62,164 nt of DNA from Capsulimonadales bacterium. GTDB lineage: Bacteria; Armatimonadota; Armatimonadia; Armatimonadales; Armatimonadaceae. The notes beneath the pieces are model-generated. The model was given only the letters and a program-made list of their open reading frames with translations. It did no database searches and had not been told where the DNA came from. The stretch covers positions 1 through 62,164 of the forward strand of contig JANRLW010000125.1 in NCBI GenBank assembly GCA_033762295.1, read 5' to 3'. Shown one piece after another: positions 41,650 to 50,531 of the stretch. The first letter of the stretch is position 1. Each line of letters opens with the position of its first letter. Position numbers and translations under genes: made by a program.

Positions 41650-42585
41650 ATGATCAATCTACGAATAAACGAAAATATGCAAAGATGGAACTTCCGGGCA
41701 GGCATCCTGCCCTTTCTCCTTCCGGTGTTGTGCGCCGGACTGGCCCTTCTTCCCACCGGCTGCGGCGGTGGAGGGGGCGGGGGCGGCAGTCAGGGTAACA
41801 CCGTTCGCGGCATCGTGCGCGACTCGCTGCAAAGCGATGCGGAGGTCCAGGATGCGACCGTTACCATCGGGGGCGTTTCCACCCGGACCAGGACGGTGGA
41901 TAACGCCAACGCGCAGAACCCGGTCGGCAGTTTCGAACTGCGCAACGTTCCGGTCGGGACGAGCACGGCGACGATCGCTCTGCCCGGCGGGGGAGGAAAT
42001 CAGACCTTCGCCTTCCAGCCGGCGGTGACCGCCGGAACCAACCCGAATCTGGAGTTCATTGTCAACATCGGGCAGATCAGCGGACGGGTGGTTCGAGCCA
42101 ACGGTCAACCGGCCGCGAACGCGTTCGTTACCGTTTCCGCGACGGCGGAGACGTTCCAGACCAACGCCGACGGCACCTTCCTGGCGACCCTGGTACCGAA
42201 AGGCAATACGGAAATCTTCGCCGTGGAGGGAACATCGTCGCACCGCAGAACCGTCGCCGTCGAATACGGCAATACGGCCATCGGCGACGTTACTCTGGCG
42301 GATGATCCCAACCCGAACCCGCCGGGTCATCCCTATACTCTGTTCGGTCAGGTAACCGTCACCGACGTCGGCACTCCGGCAGGAACAATCGTACTGCTGT
42401 TCCGCAACGGGGTCCAGGTGGAATCGACCTTCACCGACAGCAGCGGTCTGTACTACTTCTATGTGCCGGTCGGATCGTATACGATACAGGCGGTACGTAA
42501 CGGCTTTCAGACGACCACCGCCGGTCCGGTAACCCTGTCCGACGCCAGCCAGGGACTGCGCACCGACCTGACCATGGTTCCCTGA
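41650..42585 (+). CDS. Lipoprotein with three carboxypeptidase-regulatory-like Ig domains
   Basis: Lipobox PTGC followed by poly-Gly; repeats G.V.D..A.V....T..DG.F/Y..VP.G. Start may be 41677. Confidence 0.85.
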   Translation: MINLRINENMQRWNFRAGILPFLLPVLCAGLALLPTGCGGGGGGGGSQGNTVRGIVRDSLQSDAEVQDATVTIGGVSTRTRTVDNANAQNPVGSFELRNVPVGTSTATIALPGGGGNQTFAFQPAVTAGTNPNLEFIVNIGQISGRVVRANGQPAANAFVTVSATAETFQTNADGTFLATLVPKGNTEIFAVEGTSSHRRTVAVEYGNTAIGDVTLADDPNPNPPGHPYTLFGQVTVTDVGTPAGTIVLLFRNGVQVESTFTDSSGLYYFYVPVGSYTIQAVRNGFQTTTAGPVTLSDASQGLRTDLTMVP

Positions 42586-42607
42586 GTCGTCTCCGGTTCG
42601 ACGAAAG

Positions 42608-42647
42608 GACGTAAAGGGCGTTTCTTATTTGAAACGCTCTTTACGTC
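42608..42647. terminator. Bidirectional hairpin between convergent genes
   Basis: GACGTAAAGGGCGTTTC-ttattt-GAAACGCTCTTTACGTC, 17-bp stem with one G-U pair. Confidence 0.75.
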
Positions 42648-42844
42648 GGTCGGCTCTCCGTCGGATCGAGAGAAACAATCTTGAACATGCGGGTCCCGCA
42701 GGTGATGCAGGTACCGGAGAAGGCGCGTTTGCCGTTCCTCATCCGCGTTTCCGTCGCCCCATCCATCGTCTTTCGCATTCGGCATCGGAAGCAGTAGGCT
42801 TCGATCTCTTCGTTTTTCGCCCCGGTCGGGGTCATGTCACCCAT
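42641..42844 (-). CDS. Small Zn-ribbon protein (DUF5679-like)
   Basis: AYCFRCR..M......MRNGK.A..G.CITCGTRMFKI; RBS AGGAG before ATG 42844. Confidence 0.85.
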   Translation of the reverse strand: MGDMTPTGAKNEEIEAYCFRCRMRKTMDGATETRMRNGKRAFSGTCITCGTRMFKIVSLDPTESRPT

Positions 42845-42897
42845 GTTCTCCTGAGTTCGTCGGCGAACGGACAAACTCCTGCGGCCTGGCCCGGAAT

Positions 42898-43731
42898 TTA
42901 CCGGCCAGTCGGTCCGATGGGAATCGCCCCCTCGGTGCCCAGCCGTTTGCGGACAACGTCGGCGATCAGGTTCCGGTCGCGGATATGAAGGATGACGATC
43001 ACGATCTCGGCGAACGCCTTATGGTGCTTTATCAGGCCCGCCACCATGACTTCCGCCGTCTCCTCCAAAGTCAGGCCCCGCAGCACGGCCACCGGAAGCA
43101 CCAGGGATTCCGCGCCCCGTTTTCCGGCCGCCGCCGCCGCCGCTTCCACCCCGCGTCGAAGGACATCCGGACGGACGGGACGCAGGTTGTCGGCGACGGC
43201 GACGTGGAAGATGCGTTCGACCGCCGTTTTCCCGCCCGACGTTTCGACGACCTTCCCTTCGGGCACCGGTCCCAGTTTTTTCAGTTCGCCCGACAACGCC
43301 CCACCCGTCACCATGCCGAAGGAGGCGGCGATCCCGTCGGCCATGCGCAGGCTGGTATCGGTCGGCAGGATCAGCGCATGGGCGTCCGGCACTCGCTGGG
43401 CGGGCGCGACCCGAACGATCACCTTCGTATCGCCCAGAGTATAAAACGCCACGTCCTCGGTCAACTGGCTCCGGTAGGCAAGATAGACGCAGAAACCCGC
43501 GCAGAGCAGCATGGCGGTCGGGTTGAGCAGGAACAGGGGAAGCGCCAGTCCGGCCCGGTAGTACGGATACCAGTAGTAGGCGGTCGCACCGACGGCAAGA
43601 AGACCGACGACGATGCCGACCCAGAGGACGTTCCGATCCTGAATCCGTCCCTGCCGGACGAGCGCCCCGTAGACGCCGAACAGAGCGAGGATAAACAGAA
43701 CCGTCGGTAACTGCTGCGAGATGGATGGCAT
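42898..43731 (-). CDS. Membrane-anchored macro domain protein (3 TM plus divergent macro domain)
   Basis: Three hydrophobic helices, then DAHALILPTD..LRMADGIAASF..GPVPEGKVVETSGGK..IFHVA..SLVLP. Confidence 0.8.
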   Translation of the reverse strand: MPSISQQLPTVLFILALFGVYGALVRQGRIQDRNVLWVGIVVGLLAVGATAYYWYPYYRAGLALPLFLLNPTAMLLCAGFCVYLAYRSQLTEDVAFYTLGDTKVIVRVAPAQRVPDAHALILPTDTSLRMADGIAASFGMVTGGALSGELKKLGPVPEGKVVETSGGKTAVERIFHVAVADNLRPVRPDVLRRGVEAAAAAAGKRGAESLVLPVAVLRGLTLEETAEVMVAGLIKHHKAFAEIVIVILHIRDRNLIADVVRKRLGTEGAIPIGPTGR

Positions 43732-43785
43732 ACCGGAATTATATCAGGGTGGACCATCGCGCCGGCGAGGGCGGCGCTCCGTCCG

Positions 43786-43962
43786 TCAGCGACCTTCCAG
43801 CAGTTGTTTGGTAATGGTAAAAGCGTCGGGGCGATCTTCGGAGAAGAGCCATTCGACCTGGAGACGAAAACCGGGAACGACCGTCATTTCGAGCGGCCCC
43901 GACGTCAGAAACGCCTCATCGTAATCGCTCTCGTTCTTTCGTAATTGTCTGCATTGTAGCAT
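43786..43962 (-). pseudogene. C-terminal fragment of a Uma2-family gene
   Basis: Manual translation of a 58-aa frame: ..DYDEAFLTSGPLEMTVVPGFRLQVEWLFSEDRPD..LLEGR*. This is a Uma2-type tail without the PD..E..K core. Confidence 0.6.
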
Positions 43963-43970
43963 CGGCGAAC

Positions 43971-44006
43971 GAAAACGGCGGCTTTTCTTCTTGGGATAAG
44001 CCGCCG
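43971..44006 (-). terminator. Intrinsic terminator after the DUF1501 gene
   Basis: CGGCGGCTT..AAGCCGCCG stem followed by TTTT on the minus strand. Confidence 0.6.
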
Positions 44007-44029
44007 GGCATTGCGAAGGCGCGACCGTT

Positions 44030-45535
44030 TCAGGCGATCAGGTCGGTGATGACGCGGGCCGGTTCGACACCGGTCAGTTTCTGATCCAGTCCCTGGTACT
44101 TGAACGTAAACCGCTCGTGATCGATGCCGAGAAGACGAATAATCGTCGCGTGGAAGTCATGGATATGCACGGGATCGCGAACGATGTTGTAAGAGAAGTC
44201 ATCGGTCTCCCCGTAAACGGTGCCCGGCTTCGAACCACCGCCCGCCATCCACATCGTGTAACAGCGCGGGTGGTGGTCACGCCCGTAGTTCTCCTTCGTC
44301 AGGCCGCCCTGCGAATAGATCGTCCGGCCGAACTCCCCGCCCCAGATGACAAGCGTTTCGTCCAGCATTCCCCGCTGTTTCAGGTCCTGAATCAACCCGT
44401 AGCAGGCCTGATCGATGTCCTTACACTGCATCGGGAGACGACCTGCGACGTTGGAATGCGTATCCCAGTTGTTCAGGTAGACCTGCACGAACCGGACGCC
44501 GCGCTCCACCATGCGCCGTGCCATCAGGGCGGTGTAGGCGAACGTTCCCGGCTTGCGCGCCTCCTCGCCGTAGAGCTTGAACGTGCTTTCCGGTTCGTTC
44601 TTGATCGCGGTCAGTTCCGGGACGCTCGACTGCATCCGGAAGGCGAGTTCGTACTGCTGAATCCGGGTATGCGTCTCGTCGTCGCCGACCTTCCGATAGT
44701 TGAGTTCGTTGAGCGCACGCAGACCGTCGAGCATCTTCCGGCGCACCCGGTCGGTCACGCCCGGCGGGTTGTTGATATAGAGAATCGGGTCCCCGGTGGA
44801 ACGGAACGAAACGCCCGCGTGTTCGCCGGGTAGATAGCCGCTCGACCAGAGCCGGGCGGAGATCGCCTGCACCTGCTCGGTATTGGACGGCGTCGCCACG
44901 AGCACGACGAACGTCGGCAGGTTCCGATTGAGCGAACCCAGCCCGTAGGAGACCCACGCGCCGATACAGGGACGCCCGGTCACCTGATTTCCGGTCTGCA
45001 TATAGGTGATGGCCGGCTCGTGATTGATGGCCTCGGTATGCATCGACCGGATGAAGCACATGTCATCGACCATGCTCGCCGTATGCGGCAGGAGTTCCGA
45101 CACCCACATCCCCGACTTGCCGTACTGCTTGAACGAATAGCGGGACGGGGCGATCGGGAAGCGGGCCTGACCCGAGGTCATGGTGGTCAAACGCTGACCG
45201 TTGCGCACCGATTCCGGCAGGTCCTTGTCGTAGTACTCCTGCATCTTCGGCTTGTAGTCGTAGAGGTCCATCTGCGGCGGACCGCCGACCATATGCAGAT
45301 AGATAATATGCTTCGCTTTCACCGGCAGAGAAGGTCGGATGGCCGCACCGATCGGTTTTTCCTGTTTACCCGGTCCGGGGGGCGCGGCGAACGCCTCCTC
45401 GCCGAGCAAACCGAGCGCGGCGAGTCCCAGCGCGTTCGCGCCTCGTCCGAAGAACTGTCGCCGGGTCTCCATCCGCACCCACTCCTCAAACAGGGGGTGG
45501 ATATTCTCTTTTTCGCGTTCGGTACGGTCGCTCAT
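44030..45535 (-). CDS. DUF1501-family Tat protein
   Basis: TRRQFF, HMVGGPPQMDLYDYKP, GAWVSYGLG, YELAFRMQ, WDTH, WGGEFGRT, GRDHH. Confidence 0.93.
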   Translation of the reverse strand: MSDRTEREKENIHPLFEEWVRMETRRQFFGRGANALGLAALGLLGEEAFAAPPGPGKQEKPIGAAIRPSLPVKAKHIIYLHMVGGPPQMDLYDYKPKMQEYYDKDLPESVRNGQRLTTMTSGQARFPIAPSRYSFKQYGKSGMWVSELLPHTASMVDDMCFIRSMHTEAINHEPAITYMQTGNQVTGRPCIGAWVSYGLGSLNRNLPTFVVLVATPSNTEQVQAISARLWSSGYLPGEHAGVSFRSTGDPILYINNPPGVTDRVRRKMLDGLRALNELNYRKVGDDETHTRIQQYELAFRMQSSVPELTAIKNEPESTFKLYGEEARKPGTFAYTALMARRMVERGVRFVQVYLNNWDTHSNVAGRLPMQCKDIDQACYGLIQDLKQRGMLDETLVIWGGEFGRTIYSQGGLTKENYGRDHHPRCYTMWMAGGGSKPGTVYGETDDFSYNIVRDPVHIHDFHATIIRLLGIDHERFTFKYQGLDQKLTGVEPARVITDLIA

Positions 45536-48500
45536 TTGTTCAGCACCTCATCCAGATTCATCAACTGGTTGACGATCATCGTCCAGGCGGCCAGCTGCGT
45601 CTTCGGCAGGATCGGCAGCGGTTCGGACTCGCCGAACCGGATCAAGCGGTTCGCTTCCTCCGGTTTCAGGCGATAGTACGCTTCGAGGTCGGCCAGGCTC
45701 TTCAGCACCACCGTTTTCTCCTCGGGCAGGAGCGGTCGGGCCATCAGGCGACGGGCGACGAAATCGGCGCGTTCGGCATCGGTATCCCCGCCATCCAGGA
45801 AGACCGCGCGTTCGGCCAGACGTCTCGCCGCCTCGACGAACTGGACGTCGTTCATGGTGACGAGCGCCTGCAGCGGCGTGTTGGTCCGCTCCCTTCGCAT
45901 CGTGCAGACCTCGCGGGACGGCGCGTTAAAAATCTCCATCGAGGCGGGCGGCGCGGATCGCTTCCAGAAGGTGTACATACTGCGCCGATACAGCTTCTCG
46001 CCGGTATCCTGCTTGTAGTCGCGGGTATCGCTTCCCGGCATGGCGACCGCCTCCCAGACACCGGGCGGTTGATACGGGCGCACGCTCGGGCCGCCCAGTT
46101 TCGGCACCAGCAGTCCGCTGGCCGCCAGGGCATAGTCCCGGATCATCTCGGCGTCCATTCGGAAACGCGGGCCGCGCGACAGGAGCCGGTTCGCCGGGTC
46201 CTTCAGCCGCTTCACCGGAGTCGTGACCGTCGCCTGACGATAGGTCGCGCTCGTCACCAGCATTTTGAAGAACCGCTTGGTGTCCCACTTGATCGCACGA
46301 TACTCCAGCGCCAGCCAGTCCAGCAGTTCGGGATGCGACGGCAGTTCGCCCATGATCCCGAAATCGCCCGAGGACCGGACCAATCCCGTCCCGAAAACCT
46401 CCTGCCAGTACCGGTTCACGGTGACGCGGGCGGTCAGCGGATGTTCGGGCAACAGCAACCATCGGGCGAACCCGAGGCGGTTGCGCGGGAGATCGGCGGG
46501 CATCGGGGGCAGGGCGGTCGGGGTTTCGGGCTTTACCTGCTCACGCCGTTTGTCATACTCGCCCCGGTACAGCACATAGGCTACCGGCGGTTCTTTCCGT
46601 TCGACGGCGATATGCGCGATCGTTCCCCGTTTCTCGATCCGGGTCTTTTCCTCTTCCAGCCGGTTCAGGTTTGCCGTGAGGGCCGGGTACTCAGGGTCGG
46701 CATTGCTCAGATAGTAGGTGAACAGATCGGCTTGCTCCGCCTCGGTCAGCGGCGTTCCCTCCCTGGCGCGGGCGAGAAGCGCGGCCGTTTTCGCGACCGG
46801 CGTCCCGCGCGTCAGGCGTCCGACCTCCTCCGGGGTGAGGACCCGTCGAAAGAGCCGAACATCCTGGATGCCGGTTCCCTCGACGGCGGCGGACGTGTTG
46901 CGCTGCCCGATCGCCAGGGGTACGGTCGATTTCGTCGTGCCTTTCAGGGTGTCGGACTGCGGATCGGTCGGCTTTTCCACGCCATCGACGTAGAAGCGGA
47001 TCGACTCCTTCTTCTTCCCCCCATCGTAGGTCATGACGACGTGCTGCCACTTGCCGGGTGTCAGAGCCTCGCGGGTGACGACCTTCAGAGCATCGTCGGG
47101 CCATTTATGGATCAGGTGCGAACCCACCCGGTTACCTTCGATCCACAGGTCCCATCCCCGGAAATCCCGGCTTTCGTCCATCCGTGCCAGAATCGCCCCA
47201 CTGCCGCCGTTCGGAGCCAGCTTCACCCAGACGGCGCAGGAAAACGGTTCCCCGGCATCGCGATCGCCGAGGTCAGGAAACTTCAGCTCGGACCCCGGCT
47301 TCTTTTGGAAGGCTTTCGCGGAGACGATGCCCTCGGTCCAGTCCGGATCAGCGGACGCTTTCGCGGTCACGGGCGAGGCTTCCGCGGTTCCGGACACCTG
47401 AGATCCCTTGCCCTCCTCCAGCGGCAGATAGACCGTCATTCCGTCGGTCGGCAGCGAAACGGCGAGGGAGAGGCTGTCCGCTCCCCGTTTCCAGGCTTCG
47501 AAGACGGGAGCGGCGGCGGTCTTGCGTTCGTCCCGCTTCGCTCGCGCCGCCTCGATCTCGGCCGGAAGCGCGGCATACCGGGGTCGGTCCTGCTCGGTCG
47601 GAACGGGAATGATCGGCGGGGTGTCCTTCACATTGCCGTCCATCGCTCTTTGCGTCGTATTGTTAAAGAACGCCGCCAGCGAGTAAAACTCCTTTTGCGA
47701 GAGCGGATCGAACTTGTGGTCGTGGCAGACGGCGCATCCGGCGGTCGTTCCCATCCAGACCTGGGAAGCGGTCTCGGTACGATCCCGGTTATAGAGAACC
47801 AGATACTCCTCGTCGATCGCGCCTCCCTCGCTGGTGGTGATATTGCACCGGGTAAATCCGGTCGCGACCAGCTGATTCAGCGTCGGTTTGGGAAGAAGGT
47901 CACCCGCCAGTTGTTCGATCGTGAACCGGTCGAACGGCAGGTTCCGGTTGAAGGCATCGATCACCCAGTCCCGGTAGGCCCAGATCTCTCGAAAGTTGTC
48001 GATATGGATGCCGTGGGTGTCGCCGTAGCGGGCGGCGTCGAGCCAGAACCGTCCGCGATGCTCTCCCCAGTGAGGATTCGCCAGGAGTTTATCGACGTAC
48101 TTTTCGTAATAGTTCGGTGAGGTATCGGCGACGAACCGTTCGACCTCGACGGGGTCGGGCGGCAGACCGATCAGGTCCAGGCTCAGACGCCGGGCCAGCG
48201 TCCGTCGGTCCGCCTCCGGGGCGGGTGTCAAGCCGGCGGCTTCCAGTCGGGCGAGGACGAACCGGTCGATGGAGTTGCGGACCCACCGGGTGTTTTTCAC
48301 GACCGGAAGCGCAGGGCGTTTCGGCGGAATATAAGACCAGTGCTTCTCGTATTCGGCTCCCTGATCGATCCAGAGGAGCAGTGTCTTCTTCTGCTCGGGG
48401 GTCAGCGCCTTATGCCCGGAGACCGGCGGCATCCGGAGCGGATCGTTCTCGGGCTTCAGGATACGCCGGACCATTTCGCTCCGCAGGACGTCGCCCGGAA

Positions 48501-48804
48501 CGATGGCCGCGCGCCCGTCATGGTCCGCAACGGCGTCAGCGAACCGATCGAGCCGCAGATTAGCCTTTCGCGCCGCCGAGTCCGGCCCGTGGCAGGGAAA
48601 GCAGTTCTCCGCGAGGATCGGACGAATATCCTGATTGTAACGCAGTTTCCGCACGGCGGGCTTTCCGGCGGGCGTCCGTCCCTGCCAGGGAGCGGCCTGC
48701 GACACCATGGCCAGAACCAGAATCGGCAACGCTCCCGCCACCCATCGTCGGATCGTTTCCGGCCCCCGCCCGATCCCGTTTTTCTTCATCGTCGAATCTT
48801 TCAC
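45532..48804 (-). CDS. PSCyt1/DUF1549/DUF1553 cytochrome-c protein with LamG (ConA-like) insert
   Basis: CFPCHGPD, CAVCHDHK, WLDAARYGD, HPELLDWLA, NTPLQAL; LamG (FSCAVWVK..WQHVVMTYDG..FYVDG..IQDVRLFRRVLT). Confidence 0.93.
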   Translation of the reverse strand: MKDSTMKKNGIGRGPETIRRWVAGALPILVLAMVSQAAPWQGRTPAGKPAVRKLRYNQDIRPILAENCFPCHGPDSAARKANLRLDRFADAVADHDGRAAIVPGDVLRSEMVRRILKPENDPLRMPPVSGHKALTPEQKKTLLLWIDQGAEYEKHWSYIPPKRPALPVVKNTRWVRNSIDRFVLARLEAAGLTPAPEADRRTLARRLSLDLIGLPPDPVEVERFVADTSPNYYEKYVDKLLANPHWGEHRGRFWLDAARYGDTHGIHIDNFREIWAYRDWVIDAFNRNLPFDRFTIEQLAGDLLPKPTLNQLVATGFTRCNITTSEGGAIDEEYLVLYNRDRTETASQVWMGTTAGCAVCHDHKFDPLSQKEFYSLAAFFNNTTQRAMDGNVKDTPPIIPVPTEQDRPRYAALPAEIEAARAKRDERKTAAAPVFEAWKRGADSLSLAVSLPTDGMTVYLPLEEGKGSQVSGTAEASPVTAKASADPDWTEGIVSAKAFQKKPGSELKFPDLGDRDAGEPFSCAVWVKLAPNGGSGAILARMDESRDFRGWDLWIEGNRVGSHLIHKWPDDALKVVTREALTPGKWQHVVMTYDGGKKKESIRFYVDGVEKPTDPQSDTLKGTTKSTVPLAIGQRNTSAAVEGTGIQDVRLFRRVLTPEEVGRLTRGTPVAKTAALLARAREGTPLTEAEQADLFTYYLSNADPEYPALTANLNRLEEEKTRIEKRGTIAHIAVERKEPPVAYVLYRGEYDKRREQVKPETPTALPPMPADLPRNRLGFARWLLLPEHPLTARVTVNRYWQEVFGTGLVRSSGDFGIMGELPSHPELLDWLALEYRAIKWDTKRFFKMLVTSATYRQATVTTPVKRLKDPANRLLSRGPRFRMDAEMIRDYALAASGLLVPKLGGPSVRPYQPPGVWEAVAMPGSDTRDYKQDTGEKLYRRSMYTFWKRSAPPASMEIFNAPSREVCTMRRERTNTPLQALVTMNDVQFVEAARRLAERAVFLDGGDTDAERADFVARRLMARPLLPEEKTVVLKSLADLEAYYRLKPEEANRLIRFGESEPLPILPKTQLAAWTMIVNQLMNLDEVLNK

Positions 48805-48918
48805 CCCGTTCGCTGGCGATACTATCCTGCTATTGTTCGTTTACGACGGAAAGTTGTCCTTCCGCTAACGCACAGGTATTTTAGCCCACTTACCGACCTT
48901 CGTACAGGGAAAAGAACG

Positions 48919-48962
48919 AAAAAAACGAACGACGCGAAGGCGGATCGCCTTCGCGTCGTTCG
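48919..48962 (-). terminator. Intrinsic terminator of the prepilin-type gene
   Basis: Perfect 16-bp stem CGAACGACGCGAAGGC/GCCTTCGCGTCGTTCG followed by T7 on the minus strand. Confidence 0.9.
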
Positions 48963-48989
48963 GATCGTGAATCGTCGAGAAAAAGACGA

Positions 48990-49799
48990 TCAGTTCGCCG
49001 GGAGGAGGCCCGCGCAGGTGGCTTCGTCCAGCAGTTTTCCGGCGCTGCCGGCATAGTAGAACTCGCCCCACATAAAGTTCGCCGGGTCAACCGTCTGCTC
49101 CAGCTTGTGGTACTTGGCATGACCGTCGCAGAAGATGAAGTTGGACCCCTGGTTGTGGCGGTAGAAGGCGACGCGCGCCAGTTTGTAGTTGCTGTCGCTG
49201 GCGGTCGGCTGCTTGTTGATCGCGCCCTTGACGCCGTTGGCGGTCGCGCGGCAGTAGTCGCTGTTGACCGGCGTATCCGGAACGAAGCCGGAGGTGCCCG
49301 CGTAGGACTTCAGAACCTTCGTGCCGATCTTGTACTGCTTTTCGGCCAGGATGATGACGTTGGCCGGGGTGCCGATCGCGGCAATGCTCACCTGCCCGCC
49401 GTCATGCGCCGGCATGACCGCATAGTTCGGGATGTAGCTCAGGGCGGGAACCGACAGGTCGGGGTAGCCGGAGCTGGTCGCCACCGGGGTCGGATTGGGG
49501 TCGGACGGGCAGACGAACATCGCTTCGTTCTTGACGTACGGCTGAACGTAGTAAGCCCACTGTACGCGGCGGCCGGCGGTCGGGCCGCTCAGTTCGTAAT
49601 AGTAGCCTTTCGGATAGGTCTCGTCGTAATCCTGAACGTACATCATGACGGAGAGGCCCATCTCCTTGGAGTGGGAGAGGCACATCGTCTGGCGAGCCTT
49701 TTCGCGCGCCTGGGCAAAAACCGGGAAAAGAATCGCAGCCAGAATGGCAATGATAGCGATAACAACGAGCAATTCGATCAGCGTAAAGGCTTTTCGCAT
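48990..49799 (-). CDS. Prepilin-type N-terminal cleavage/methylation protein, DUF1559 with H-X9-DG motif
   Basis: [63 protein letters not shown]. Confidence 0.95.
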   Translation of the reverse strand: MRKAFTLIELLVVIAIIAILAAILFPVFAQAREKARQTMCLSHSKEMGLSVMMYVQDYDETYPKGYYYELSGPTAGRRVQWAYYVQPYVKNEAMFVCPSDPNPTPVATSSGYPDLSVPALSYIPNYAVMPAHDGGQVSIAAIGTPANVIILAEKQYKIGTKVLKSYAGTSGFVPDTPVNSDYCRATANGVKGAINKQPTASDSNYKLARVAFYRHNQGSNFIFCDGHAKYHKLEQTVDPANFMWGEFYYAGSAGKLLDEATCAGLLPAN

Positions 49800-50067
49800 G
49801 GTCTTTCCTTCCTGTCGCACCCACACTTGCGGTCGGGGCGGTCGGGGCTTCACGACATCTCAGGCTTTGAGATGCCGAAACTATTATAACGCCTAAACTA
49901 TTCGGTATATGTTAAGGAAAGATTAAAAATTGCCGGCTCCGAAACTCCGTTCCCCTCCTTCTTTTTTCGGTTTTTCGGGAACCCGAACGGTCGGTCGGAA
50001 ACCTTTATAGTTATAAGGTAATCGGGGTGTTGCCTGCCGTTTCCGGCAGGCGGAAAGCGAGAAACGA

Positions 50068-50514
50068 ATGCAACGAAAAATCCGGGGAGCGGTCTTCGGG
50101 GGACTCGTCGTCCTGCTGGCAACGGCCTTTGCGATTCCGCTGTCGGCGCAGCCCGGCTTCGCTCAGCGACAGGCGGTAGCCGCGCCGCGCAGTACGGTCC
50201 GGGTGGTCCGCGTCCGTCTGGTTCCGATCCGTCTGGCCAGCGGAGATCGCCGACAGATGGTTCTGATCGACTGGAAAAACAACGGAAAACGCCCGGTCAG
50301 CCGGGTCAACGTCAATATTCTGCCCTACGGAACCTCGCGCACGCCGCTGAAGAGCATGGTCTTCGATTACACCATCTTTTCGTCCGGAGTGGCGAACGCC
50401 GTCCGTCCCGGACGAATCTACCGGGAGACCCGGAGCAACGGGTTTCTGCTGTCGCCGGTGTTCGGACGCGCCCGGCGTGTCGAAGTCCGTGTCGTCGGCG
50501 TCAAGACCCTCTGA
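50068..50514 (+). CDS. Exported basic hypothetical protein (possible Ig-like fold)
   Basis: Signal peptide, beta-strand pattern (VLIDWKNNGKRPV), Arg-rich; fills the gap between flanking genes. Confidence 0.7.
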   Translation: MQRKIRGAVFGGLVVLLATAFAIPLSAQPGFAQRQAVAAPRSTVRVVRVRLVPIRLASGDRRQMVLIDWKNNGKRPVSRVNVNILPYGTSRTPLKSMVFDYTIFSSGVANAVRPGRIYRETRSNGFLLSPVFGRARRVEVRVVGVKTL

Positions 50515-50531
50515 GACCGGACTCTCCGAGA

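Noticed and set aside
42898..43731. Thoeris defence system call
   Set aside because: No TIR (ThsB) partner and no defence-island context; kept only as an architectural analogy.
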